The notes beneath the pieces were generated by a model. That model made no database searches. It was given only the letters and a program-made list of their open reading frames with translations, and was not told the origin of the DNA. DNA of 64,000 nt. Origin: Octopus bimaculoides. Its lineage: Eukaryota. Shown here in pieces: positions 54,038 through 62,256 of this stretch (position 1 is the first letter of the stretch; every line of letters starts with the position of its first letter). The stretch is from the NCBI RefSeq assembly GCF_001194135.2, contig NC_068987.1:24836360-24900359 (forward strand). The letters run 5' to 3'. A program made the position numbers and the translations under genes.

Positions 54038-56676
54038 AAATAAAAATAAATATGTTATCATCAGTAAAATCTTACAGCAGAGACATTGTATCATGTCACG
54101 TGAGGCATAACAAGAAGCCCAATGTAAAGGTGTGTTTTGGCTTTCACTGCTGTCCTTCAGGTTTACATCAAGTCCAGAAGCCAAGAGCTGGCAGACACGC
54201 CCCATACTGAAGAAAAATCAAACAGTGTAATTAGGATTACAATGCTAATAGGTATTTTCTTTAAAATATCTCAGTGGAATAAAATATTAATATTCATTTT
54301 AACATTGCTTTTGGTGAGATCAAAGATATATTCGTCATATACACAGCTGTAAAGAAGTGTGAGCAAAAAGAATCTCAAGGGCATATAGAGACCCTATTCT
54401 TACATATAGTTGTGTCACCTGGAATATCAACAGACAAGTGGAAAAGCTATCAATGTTGTAGAGATTTAGTTCTTTAAATGCAGGCATGTTGAAGGTGTCT
54501 TATGTGGATAGAGTGACAAATATTGAGGGCCTTAGATGAACAAAATTCCACAGGAAGCTTCTCAATGACATAAGGCGACAACAGGCTCAATTCATTGGAA
54601 AGCAAATAAGAAGAGACAACCTTAAGCACTTGAAGACAACAGAAAAGCTACAAGGAAGAAATTGGGGAAGACAGAGAGAGAAGATACTCAATGGTGTTAC
54701 TAGCTAGCATCAGAATAACTGATGCAGCAACATGCCAAGTTGTATACAGGACAGGAGAGCACAAAAGGTTCCTGGTTGGCTTGTCAAATAAAGAACACTA
54801 CCTTTCTTAAGCATTTAAAAACTGATATTTTTCTCAGAGCCGATTATAAAACTCAGATGATTTGGATATTTTTGACATTTGTAAAATTGCTGGAATAAAT
54901 AGCTTATTTCCTTTTTATCAATACATATAACAATGAAGAATAACTTTATCAAACAAACGCTTGGTTCTCAAAGAGAAATCCTATGGAGTAATATTTATCC
55001 ACAGTGCACTATAGTTCAGGCTGCCTGAAGTAGACATGCATTAATCAGTAGAATCCCCAAAAAAGTAGTTATGTTCTGCTTTAGTAGAAAGTAATATTAA
55101 TAGTTCAAACAGTGGAATGTGTTTTATGCTGTGAGAAAGAAGAAAAGTTTCATGCAGAATCCTCTGTAAAAGATAGATGTGCTTGAAAGATTATTATTAT
55201 TATTATTATTATTATTAGTAGTAGTAGTAGAATAAAGATGTCTAGCTATAAAATCACCAGTATAACAGTTTTAATTCCCTTTTACATATGGCTATATCAG
55301 TGTTTCAGGTCTTTTAAAAATCGGGTATTCTCACTTGGGCTGCCCAGTTAGGGTTGATCAAACTCTGTATTGTGTCCAGTTAGCACTACTCCATTCATGG
55401 TTCACACACCCCTGATTCACAGTTTCTTTGATGCAACTGCTATTGTCTTGGTATTCAGGCTGTTTTTGTTTTTTGGTATTTGAGCAGTACGTGTAATTCT
55501 ACATACCACAGTTCAACCAACCATTGGAAAGAAATACTATATCATACAAGAACACTGTTTGAGATAAACTAGCATCTTATCCAGGTGATAGTTGACTCAT
55601 ACTAAGAAACATAAGCACTATTCTATATAAACTTACGAAATTTACATAAAAATACTGGCTCCTACAATATGGCAAATATTCATATGTAGCAAAACAAACC
55701 CTTCTCATTTATGCTATGGTTAAACAGCTTAAGAAACATTAAAACAAAATAAAATGGGATGAAACAAGTGTGTGTTGACCAGTGATTTCCAAAGTGGGTA
55801 GTGTCACACCCTGAGGACAAAAAAATTGGCTGACAGCAGAATGAAAGGTAGAAAGTGGAGGTCAAAGAAGCTAAGATACTAGGAACTGGTAAAGGGTTAC
55901 TTGATCATATGGAGGTTCAGCAGAATTTGTTAATTTTTATAGTGCATGTCTGTGACTGATGAGAGCAAAGTGCATACAATACCAGCCTCTATGACAAACA
56001 ATATGGAATATATAAGGGTGATTGATGGATGTATGGAGTTAAAGATGACAGATACATTTATGGGACCTTAGCAATTTGGAACACCTTGAGAATCACTGGC
56101 ACAGCTTACACTTGGTTACTGTTAGACAAGAGAAAATGAAATCAAAAATGTGAGAATATTGTAACTAACTTGGAATGTGCAGTGGCTTGCAGAAGTTCTT
56201 CATTGAAGACAATTTTCACTTTATCTGACTCAGCAAGGTCCAGAGGGATTCGTTGATTTTTGTTGTGTATGCCAGGATCTGCACCAGCAGAGAGCAAAGT
56301 GCGTACAATGTCAGCCTCTCCCAGCTATAATCAAACAGAAGAAGCCTGTTATAAGAAGCTAATTATTTTTAAGAGTGAGTTATGGCTGTGAATTTGACAG
56401 AAACAGAAATGTTTTTATTTCCTTAAATATTTTGGAGTTTTTACACCCTTCCAGGGCTGCTAAAATAAGTATCAGTAATATATATTCTTTTCTATATTTA
56501 AGAGATGAGGAATTATGTACATTATTTACATTTGATGGATATTTCTCCTCATCTTGTTGTTAACACGTTTCAGTTGATATACCCTCCAGCCTTCATCAGG
56601 TGTCTTGGGGAAATTTTGAACCTGGGTTTTCATTCCTAAGGTATTTTTCGATGTTGTTGTTGTTGTTATTATTATC

Positions 56677-56707
<31 letters not shown>

Positions 56708-58585
56708 TCACTGCTTGGAATCGAACTAGGAATCTTGGGGTTAGTAGCCTGCTCTCTTAACCACTACACCATATGCCTGTGGGCAATTATGGAATGAATT
56801 TTAGGGCTTTTAAATCTAATATTTTCCTATCCTTCCTTAATACTGGTTCCCATATGCTATTCATATCTGTACTCGGTCTGGTTAGGAGGATGTGTCCTAG
56901 CATATGTGCTGCTTCTTTTAGTTTTCATATTTTCCAGTGGTGTTCTCTGTCTATTATTTTAACTTCATCCCACAGAGGGAGGTAGTCTCCATTTTTCCAT
57001 ACAAGATCAGCTGTACCCGATTTATCAATATCTCCTCATGTCACAGCTTTGTGATGTTCCTCTACCCTTATTTTGAGGAGTGACATGTTTTGCCTTTGTA
57101 TTACCTACCACAGCTGCATGGGATGGAATACATGCAGTTTTTGGTCATATTCTCTGGAGTAACAGGAAATAAGGTGCTTTGTGTAAGAACACAACACACA
57201 GCCTGGATTGGGAATTGAACTCACACCCTCATGATTGTAAGCCCAATGCTCTAACCACTGAGCCATATGCCTTCACTATTTTATATATATACTGGGTCAT
57301 CCTATAAATAATGCAGTTTTTTATACTTCTTTTATTTTTCAAAATTAAGATAAAGTTTTTTTTTTGTTATCTAAAATGTACTCTTCTTCATTTTCTACAA
57401 TGCTCTTCCATCTACCTGGTAGACTTGTAAGGCCCCTCTTTTAAAATTCACTTGTCCGTNNNNNNNNNNNNNNNNNNNNNNNNNNNNNNNNNNNNNNNNN
57501 NNNNNNNNNNNNNNNNNNNNNNNNNNNNNNNNNNNNNNNNNNNNNNNNNNNNNNNNNNNNNNNNNNNNNNNNNNNNNNNNNNNNNNNNNNNNNNNNNNNN
57601 NNNNNNNNNNNNNNNNNNNNNNNNNNNNNNNNNNNNNNNNNNNNNNNNNNNNCTGCACTGTATGTGGCTGAGCATTATCCTGTTGGAAGAACACTTCTTG
57701 TCTTGAAACCAAAGATGGTCATTTTTCTTCTAGTGCTGACTTAAGCTGCTCGCAGTAAATCTCTTTTGTTATTGTTTGGTTTGAGTTTAAAAGTTCAAAG
57801 TGGACTAAACCTTTCATATCCCACCAAACAGACAACAACACCTTATGTGGGTGAAGACCTTCTTTAGCCTGGGGTGCCAGTGTTTCTCTTTTCCCTACTC
57901 ACTGTCTTCGGTACTTGACATTTTTATAGAGAACCCATTTCTCGTCACCAGTCACTATTCAATTCAAAAAAGGTTAATTCGTGAGATGTGACAGCAAAGA
58001 AGAGCAGACATTCACTCTCTGCACGTGATTAGACTTGGAACGTTTGTGAGGAACCCATTGACGCAATTTGCTGACTTTTCTGATGGCATGCAGGTGTCGA
58101 TGAATAATTGAATGACTGAATCCAAGCTTCTCTGCTAGTTCCTCAACAGTTACAATGGGATTTTGTTCCACCAGGGTTTGCAGGACATCCTCGTTGAGCT
58201 CTACAAATCTTCCAGGATGAGGCTCATCTTCTAGGCTCTAGTTTCCAGCTTGGAATTTCTGGAACCACCATTGACACTGACTTACACTTATTGTCTGATC
58301 CCCATAAAGTGCATTAATGTTCCTCGCACTTTCCGACGTTTTGTTGTCTGTATTGAACTCATAGAGCAAAATATGCCAAATATTCTCCTTTGTCACTTCC
58401 GTTATAACTTTGAAAGAATAACTGTTTCAATCAAACTGCACGCTCCAAAACTTGCACTAAGAAGAAAGTAAAATTACTACCTGCTTTTATAGCAAGTTGA
58501 TGCAGGTAGTATATCTCGTTCTCCTCTGACTTTTAGTTCATGCAATTGAAAAAACCGCATTATTTATGGGATAACCCAATATATG

Positions 58586-58653
<68 letters not shown>

Positions 58654-60585
58654 CATTCATTATCATTTTAATGTCTACTTTTTCATGCTTGCATGGGTCA
58701 GATAAAATTTTGCTGGTAAAAAGCACCTGGTCCACTCTGAAGTATTTGGCATTAGGAAGGGAATCCAGTTGTGAAAAAGCCATGCCAAAGTAGACAGTAG
58801 AGGTTGGTGCAGTCCTCTGGCTCACCAACTCCTGTCAAACTGTCCATCCCATGGTAGCATAGAAGATGATGATGATGTTGATGATATACAAGCACACACT
58901 CATGTACTTCAGCTAGTCCCAAAAACAGACCCTTCTCCTCAGGGTCAGAAAATACAGCACACAACAGCTGCTGATACAGTACACAACACAAGTGAGACCC
59001 ACAAGGAAGTACTACTGCTACTGTGCACACAAGCATCATGAACAGCATCCAGTGAAGAGCTATTTGACTGACTAATCTTCAATCACTAACAGTCTATAAC
59101 CCCTGGTCCACAGGCATGCTATCTCCATTTTCTTTTCTTTTTGGAATCTCAACTATAATGGTCTCTGGATAGTGTCATACTTCCATTATTCAGGTATCCC
59201 CAGCTTGCATGTCTTTCCACCTCCTGTAATCCTTGTTGCATCCAACCCACCTACTCTAGTCCTGCACTATCCACTATGCTCAGTTATTTTCCCCCAAAGC
59301 ATTGTCTCTCTGGAATCTTCTTGTTCAGCAGGTGTTCACCTGCAACAGTTTAAGTGGAACATAAACAACATCAAGCTCACTAGTCTTGGAGAGCCTGTGA
59401 AGATCATGGGCACTCTTCCAAACTCAGTAAGTTAAAGATAAGTTATAATATTAATTCTATGATATTTGTTCTGAACCATTTTACAGACACTCTCTTGTCA
59501 ACTCACACTGTCAAAAATACAGTGAGTAGCCCACTGAAAATCTGTCCACTAATTGTGATATTTATCATCATCACTGTTCAATGTTCACTTTTCTAAGTTT
59601 GCATGAGTCAGACAGAGTTAACTGAGTCAGACTTTCTCTAGCTGGATGCTCTTTCTGTCATCAACCCTCAATTGTTTCTAAGCAAGGCAAAATTTCTCCA
59701 GGACATGTTTATGCAGAATATTAGAAATGACAGAAACTGCTTGTATGATACTGCTGCTCATTGTCATGTAGTGTCAAAACAAGACACAAACATACACATA
59801 TTCACACATACAAACACATACATACATTGATACATAAATCATGGCCTTTTTTCAGTTTCTGTCTAGCAAATCCACTCACACATGGCCTAGAGATATAGTA
59901 GAAGACACTTGCCCAAGGTGTCAGAGTGGGACTGAACCTAAAACTGTGTGGTCGGAAAGCCAACTTTTTAACCACCACATTCACTTTTGGAATACATTTC
60001 CAGGAGGCTGAAATAAATATTAAAAAAAAAAAAAAAAAAAAATCAAGGATCTAAGCTTTGAAACTATTCTGTCGGGTCAGCATGTTTCAAATACTCTTAT
60101 CTATAAAGTATGCAGAACACTGGCTCACAAGAAGTCGTAGACTCCCAATAAGTTCTTTGGCATGGGATTGCTCCACAACAAAAACAAAATCATGGTGGAA
60201 GGAAGGGTCATTGAGAACATTTCAGCTGATAACTTTTCGGGTCAATAATACATAATCAAAATCAATACATACTTAAACACGCACACGCAGCTGCCTTAGC
60301 AGCATTGTAGGCCCCTGGGCACTATAGTATATATTCACTGACAGCAAACCACAGTATAAACAGATCAGAATTGGTCTCCTTAGATCCATGAGATCCCTGC
60401 GCCTATGCATTAAGATGACACTGCACACACACTATACATGCATATGTACATACATATATGTGTGTGTGTGTATGTGTGTATGTATATATATATATGAAAA
60501 CCTACCATTGTAGCAAGGTGAAGAAGTGTTCCATCATCAGAACATGATTCATTTAAAACTGTTTGCAAATCTTTCACTTCTGAAC
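14113..60585 (-). CDS. Spliced 22-exon gene (5'-partial): ankyrin repeats + GH20 domain-2-like region + GH20-like catalytic barrel lacking catalytic residues; about 957 aa visible
   Basis: Manual exon reconstruction. Every exon is bounded by AG and GT (one GC), all intron phases match, total 2876 nt = 2 + 958 codons ending TAA at 14113. Ankyrin motifs [30 protein letters not shown]. GH20-like motifs LLWPRPQ, YRGVLLDVSKGRVP, MKFNQIHLY, LIPAVDV, CPGTAAWNS. Confidence 0.9.
15426..15542 (-). CDS. Exon 21: IGRAMVTAGRNPDPLSGLRIVNLGITNLTATGKTDLAN(R)
   Basis: catgacAG|G ... AAC AG|GTtttt (weak donor); phase 2 to 2; 117 nt; overlaps track ORF 15392-15583. Confidence 0.82.
18633..19522. mobile_element. 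Non-autonomous DNA transposon (MITE): about 280-bp TIRs starting GG, exact 8-bp TSD GGTAAAAA, telomere-like core; Merlin-like
   Basis: Left end GGATCTTTTCCCTTTGAACGGCACATCGAG matches the reverse complement of the right end; GGTAAAAA at 18625-18632 and 19523-19530. Confidence 0.85.
20210..20334 (-). CDS. Exon 20: RANRLLRKHQSDVTSIQLNCPQSKEIISEVLLTTDMMILAV(R); GC donor
   Basis: tgttatctcattgaAG|CGA ... GTA CG|GCaagt; phase 0 to 2; 125 nt; only the GC donor keeps frame with exon 21. Confidence 0.8.
21673..21779 (-). CDS. Exon 19: DDQTSLPCENGSTLTSFLIRPDETRLEDLTSDILQ
   Basis: tcttcttttttAG|AT ... CAG|GTaagg; phase 1 to 0; 107 nt. Confidence 0.87.
22508..22643 (-). CDS. Exon 18: EFLHSHLAELMNKHIFRDDSSVFGQVIIELGRIETYIYRCSQKKP(D)
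   Basis: ctcattcttatttcAG|GAG ... CCA G|GTagga; phase 0 to 1; 136 nt; acceptor is tandemly duplicated (see findings). Confidence 0.88.
22694..23100 (+). mobile_element. SINE family A copy (plus orientation)
   Basis: Reverse-complement match to 24628-25133. Confidence 0.8.
24628..25133 (-). mobile_element. tRNA-derived SINE family A, full-length copy
   Basis: Head (minus) ataggcgcaggagtGGCTGTttaGtaagtagc...GGTTCAGTCCC with A/B-box-like motifs; central (CA)/(TA) repeat; near-identical copies elsewhere. Confidence 0.85.
25225..25453 (-). CDS. Exon 17: FGFFICPGTAAWNSLAGFPEAAVANIFNAAKCASSQSGLGLLVCHWSGSSFLTHSPFCWPGFVVTAGLAWNKDIHW
   Basis: ttttgattttAG|G ... TGG|GTaagt; phase 2 to 0; 229 nt; CPGT..WNS and G.L...W motifs of HEXDC/bacterial-type GH20 barrels. 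Confidence 0.92.
26736..27567 (-). mobile_element. Deleted maT (DD37D) Tc1/mariner copy, same family as 29612-30902, opposite orientation
   Basis: Ends match both ends of the 29612-30902 element; reverse strand encodes PPNFPDYNLLDYYVWVQL and GRPYV remnants; TA-flanked. Confidence 0.85.
28180..28226 (-). CDS. Exon 16: ATHNFVPHCKRLSEY(G)
   Basis: ttttcttctttcatAG|GCC ... TAT GG|GTaagt; phase 0 to 2; 47 nt. Confidence 0.85.
29324..29525 (-). CDS. Exon 15: FINVGSRLTSFLLEYPDDDTLSIADASKFLPIKDKTLLISGSTLHDVKQHLIQRLPPHLMFGEYGTQ
   Basis: tctcatctacAG|C ... CAG|GTaaga; phase 2 to 0; 202 nt; overlaps track ORF 29201-29488. Confidence 0.88.
29612..30902 (+). mobile_element. maT-family (DD37D) Tc1/mariner transposon, full length but frameshifted
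   Basis: TA-flanked CAGGGT...ACCCTG termini; ORF 30263-30628 has WQQD-SAP...WPPNSPDCKPL-DY with exactly 37 residues between the 2nd and 3rd Asp. Confidence 0.9.
32030..32349 (+). mobile_element. Helitron-type 3' terminus (non-autonomous; 5' extent hidden by gap)
   Basis: CCCG-agcaacgc-CGGG hairpin at 32322-32337, then tgcctctgCTAG|T, same as the 9591 terminus. Confidence 0.6.
32480..34060 (-). mobile_element. Decayed RTE-BovB-like LINE fragments (RT core, endonuclease N-terminus, C-terminus)
   Basis: Minus-strand remnants GISLL and FHDG (RT, ~33960-33600); TWSIQTLQD...DVTAIAETRL...YTFFWKG (EN, ~33430-33260); PKQMILYSEI...NWEKVAE...WRQAC (C-terminus, ORF 32513-32818). Confidence 0.8.
34378..34524 (-). 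CDS. Exon 14: ELLEIDKFCMDRGMQLIPAVDVHPSVQFEDLPFLQCVFYDYISHFTNS(D)
   Basis: acctattgcAG|T ... TCA GA|GTaagt; phase 2 to 2; 147 nt; matches GH20 'E...i..yc..rgi.liP.id'. Confidence 0.9.
35452..35845 (+). mobile_element. tRNA-derived SINE family C ending in (AAC)n; related 3' halves at ~36630-36925 and 47945-48240
   Basis: A box TGGCCCAGTGG and B box GGTTTCGATTCCC in the head; shared body gaatatccccgagaactacgttaaggg...gagcaggctgttccgttgat. Confidence 0.75.
36238..36628 (-). mobile_element. SINE family A copy
   Basis: High identity to 24628-25133 and 52695-53098. Confidence 0.85.
38024..38088 (-). CDS. Exon 13: IHLYTRFRYQTSSTWQLCYSC(S)
   Basis: attttctcttcAG|ATA ... TGT AG|GTgtgt; phase 0 to 2; 65 nt. 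Confidence 0.85.
38824..38934. mobile_element. Small MITE-like hairpin, about 32-bp TIRs atttggctgctatttctagca...
   Basis: Inverted arms visible; the same terminal motif occurs singly at ~18345 and ~37525. Confidence 0.5.
39394..39444 (-). CDS. Exon 12: ETLKNMLDNIAFMKFNQ
   Basis: tttgtctgttacAG|GAA ... CAG|GTacca; 51 nt; matches GH20 'L..xiD.MA..K.N'. Confidence 0.9.
40086..40157 (-). CDS. Exon 11: ITDSPSLPYRGVLLDVSKGRVPNI, GH20 barrel first strand
   Basis: ttttctttgcttAG|ATT ... ATA|GTaagt; 72 nt; matches GH20 signature 'I.D.P...YRG.xLD.SR'. Confidence 0.92.
41910..42020 (-). CDS. Exon 10: VKILAHDIQSLSYAIITLSQLFNLYKTESGISIPLLE
   Basis: ctcttttcttttgtAG|GTC ... GAA|GTaagt; 111 nt; resembles GH20 domain-2 'I.A....G.FYA..TL.QL'. 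Confidence 0.9.
42384..43078 (-). mobile_element. Three consecutive SINE family B copies separated by (AAT)n
   Basis: Copies at ~42384-42595, 42610-42830, 42880-43078. Confidence 0.8.
43313..43505 (+). mobile_element. Fragment of R4/Dong-like (restriction-like endonuclease) LINE
   Basis: Open frame DETIDHLISGCPILTPNKYKNHHDRVKQYLHWKI matches the CCHC-to-RHD/RLE region of RLE-clade non-LTR elements. Confidence 0.7.
43690..44050 (+). mobile_element. RTE-type LINE internal fragment (EN-RT linker)
   Basis: Remnants AEKRGLRM / NDKGILALNDIEKKEV / RLLYEENA*EK with stops. Confidence 0.5.
44557..44741 (-). CDS. Exon 9: IHSVAQVWNCRKFMFTSMGIETIINLQSPAYEYNTTCILCHVSSRLCVEKASYKIIIQTFQ
   Basis: tttaaaaacAG|GC ... 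CAG|GTaaac; phase 1 to 0; 185 nt. Confidence 0.85.
45423..45582 (-). CDS. Exon 8: KELECLPMFPKTVVTEEQLSLLWPRPQSIVQKEGNHFIPDDVLHIYLSTMSDI(S), start of GH20 domain-2-like region
   Basis: ttacttcctacAG|AAA ... ATT A|GTaagt; 160 nt; LWPxPQ is the typical start of GH20 domain 2. Confidence 0.88.
46064..46252 (-). CDS. Exon 7: SHLNTKGLIPFRQTTNPVPKHKSGKFSQRKLCHQHQTSPKEPSKGQTSQFEIILNFLLKLGEN, linker
   Basis: gatcatAG|AGT ... AAT|GTaggt; phase 0 to 0; 189 nt. The donor is ambiguous: G|GTatgg 4 nt further on could pair with an alternative AG at 45572. Confidence 0.65.
47395..47555 (-). CDS. Exon 6: EDFALSESVIQNSVTNATEIIDTVTESPLLEYPVVSIPPTSSGSKIQELSNQI, S/T/P-rich linker
   Basis: ttttttcttgttcAG|CT ... 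ATT|GTaagt; phase 1 to 0; 161 nt; open frame that bridges exons 5 and 7. Confidence 0.8.
49172..49427. repeat. Inverted repeat, about 90-bp arms
   Basis: cacatgtttcaagctttatacacaaacagtcgttgcatcattata vs tataatgatgtaacgactgtttgtgtataaagcttgaaacacgtg. Confidence 0.8.
49894..50006 (-). CDS. Exon 5: [37 protein letters not shown](T), ankyrin C-cap
   Basis: tttttattccttacAG|A ... CTT A|GTaagt; phase 2 to 1; 113 nt. Confidence 0.85.
51838..52050. repeat. Perfect inverted repeat, about 70-bp arms
   Basis: 51838-51907 is the exact reverse complement of 51982-52050; it abuts an N-gap. Confidence 0.85.
52695..53098 (-). mobile_element. SINE family A copy; partial copies also at ~6085-6270, 15870-16135, 28740-29010, 50560-50780, 59820-59980, 61329-61478, 63517-63670
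   Basis: Shared blocks gactgcggccatgctggagcacc..., ccaaatccactcacaaggctttggtc..., gacacttgcccaaggtgcc. Confidence 0.85.
53494..53629 (-). CDS. Exon 4: [44 protein letters not shown](G), ankyrin
   Basis: atttctAG|TG ... AGA GG|GTaag; phase 1 to 2; 136 nt; near-consensus ankyrin repeat. Confidence 0.93.
54076..54206 (-). CDS. Exon 3: MGRVCQLLASGLDVNLKDSSESQNTPLHWASCYASRDMIQCLC(L), ankyrin
   Basis: tttttcttcAG|T ... TGC T|GTaag; phase 2 to 1; 131 nt; overlaps track ORF 53945-54205. Confidence 0.92.
54385..54770 (+). mobile_element. RTE-type LINE 3' fragment
   Basis: PILTYSCVTW...MLKVSYVDRVTN...RKLLNDIRRQQ..FIG...RRD.LKHL...K.QGR..GRQREKIL with in-frame stops. Confidence 0.75.
56170..56324 (-). 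CDS. Exon 2: LGEADIVRTLLSAGADPGIHNKNQRIPLDLAESDKVKIVFNEELLQATAHS(N), ankyrin
   Basis: gattatAG|CTG ... TCC AA|GTtagt; phase 0 to 2; 155 nt; ankyrin motif LLSAGADP. Confidence 0.9.
56500..57090 (-). mobile_element. Penelope-like element 3' end: GIY-YIG endonuclease C-terminus + pLTR with degenerate hammerhead-ribozyme core
   Basis: Minus-strand RVEEHHKAV..GDIDKSGTADLVW...WDEVKIIDREHHWKI*KLKEAAHM; then CTGATGA (56599-56593) and GAAAC (56571-56567). Confidence 0.7.
57292..58579 (-). mobile_element. mariner (DD34D-type) transposon, about 1.29 kb, TA TSD, decayed, with internal gap
   Basis: Matching TIRs (c/t)tgggt(c/t)atc-c-ataaataatgc-gtttttt; minus-strand remnants TVEELAEKLGFSHSII.RHL...WVPH and FQQDNAQPH. 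Confidence 0.88.
60506..60585 (-). CDS. Exon 1 (first visible): (G)SEVKDLQTVLNESCSDDGTLLHLATM, start of ankyrin repeat
   Basis: Acceptor ttttttacaacAG, donor ATG|GTaggt; phase 1 in, phase 0 out; 80 nt. Confidence 0.85.
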
Positions 60586-61473
60586 CTGTTGTAAAAAAAA
60601 AAAAAAAGAAAACAAAACTAAAATAAAACATTTAAAAACATCCTCATCATCATCAAATGTCTGTTTTCCATGCTGGCATGGGTTGGACAGTTTCACAGGA
60701 GTTGGGAAAGCCAGGAGCCACACCAGGGTCTATGGTCTGTTTTGGCATGGTTTCTACAACTGGATGCCATTCCTAATGTCAACCACTTTACTGAATGCAC
60801 TGGATGTTGATGAACAAATTCAGTGCATCAAACATAAGGCTGTTTGTTCTGTTTAGTTCTACCAAAGTTAAAATCCTTTACATCTACAAAAGCAGTGCCA
60901 ATGAATCACAAACCCCAAACACATTAAATGTCAAACATCATTACTAAACAATACAATTTGGAAATAAAGAATGTAATGAACTTACACAAAGGAAATTAAA
61001 CGACAGCCAGCCTGTTAATCAGGCAAACATTAGTGATATTACATTAGGAACAATCAGTCTGCCTTAGACTGACTCATTATACATATGGACATCACTATTT
61101 TCTGCTACAAATTAAACATACAAGTAAACGGTGCTATGCCGTGAGTTCACCTGATTATGGATAAGCCTTATAATCCATTTAAAATTAATCCACAAACCTA
61201 GCTAATACAGGTTATATAATCATCTTCCAATCTGCAACAGTTACAACAAATTTAAACTGTTCAATATATTGATTGCATAAAGTATTCAGAAAAGAAAAAA
61301 GAAATAAAAAAAACAAAAAGTTATATATAGGCACACGCATGACTGTGTGGTAAGAAGCTTGCTCCCCAACCACATACTTCCAGGTTCAGTCCCATTGCAT
61401 GGCACCTTCTACTATAACCTAGGGCTGACTAAAGCCTTCTGAGTGGATTTGGTAGACAGAAACTGAAAGAAGC

Positions 61474-61507
<34 letters not shown>

Positions 61508-62090
61508 NNNNNNNNNNNNNNNNNNNNNNNNNNNNNNNNNNNNNNNNNNNNNNNNNNNNNNNNNNNNNNNNNNNNNNNNNNNNNNNNNNNNNNNNNNNNN
61601 NNNNNNNNNNNNNNNNNNNNNNNNNNNNNNNNNNNNNNNNNNNNNNNNNNNNNNNNNNNNNNNNNNNNNNNNNNNNNNNNNNNNNNNNNNNNNNNNNNNN
61701 NNNNNNNNNNNNNNNNNNNNNNNNNNNNNNNNNNNNNNNNNNNNNNNNNNNNNNNNNNNNNNNNNNNNNNNNNNNNNNNNNNNNNNNNNNNNNNNNNNNN
61801 NNNNNNNNNNNNNNNNNNNNNNNNNNNNNNNNNNNNNNNNNNNNNNNNNNNNTATATATATGTGTGTGTGTGTGTGCGTGTGTGTCAAATGACTGAAACA
61901 GGAAAAGAATAAGAGAATATACAATCACACCCACTACCACTACTCGGTGATGATGATGATGATGATAGTTAAGCGGTTTTAAGAGAATGACCAAGTCAGT
62001 TGACACATTGTGGTAGATTTCCTGATGAGACTTCAGTAATTTGACCAATAGAAATTTTACTGGGTGAAAGGGAATATATATATATATATA

Positions 62091-62237
62091 TGGCGTTAGG
62101 AAGGGCATCCAGCTGTAGAAACTCTGCCAAATTAGATTGGAGCCTGGTGTTGCCATCCGGTTTCACCAGTCCTCAGTCAAATCGTCCAACCCATGCTAGC
62201 ATGGAAAGCGGATGTTAAACGATGATGATGATGATGA
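62091..62237 (+). mobile_element. RTE-3'-tail repeat ending (GAT)n; inverted near-identical copy at 63711-64000; older copies ~42055-42290, 58680-58880, 60650-60810
   Basis: Matches 7590-7737 of the RTE LINE 3'UTR. Confidence 0.8.
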
Positions 62238-62256
62238 TATATATATATATATATAG

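Noticed and set aside
14113-60585. Naming the gene HEXDC or a specific ANKRD gene
   Set aside because: The architecture matches neither; no symbol can be supported without a database search.
60986-61011. 26-nt candidate micro-exon (aacAG ... GTaagt, minus strand) upstream of exon 1
   Set aside because: The only frame that joins exon 1 in phase 1 contains TAA. It could at most be non-coding. The true upstream exon is probably outside the window or in the 61508-61852 gap.
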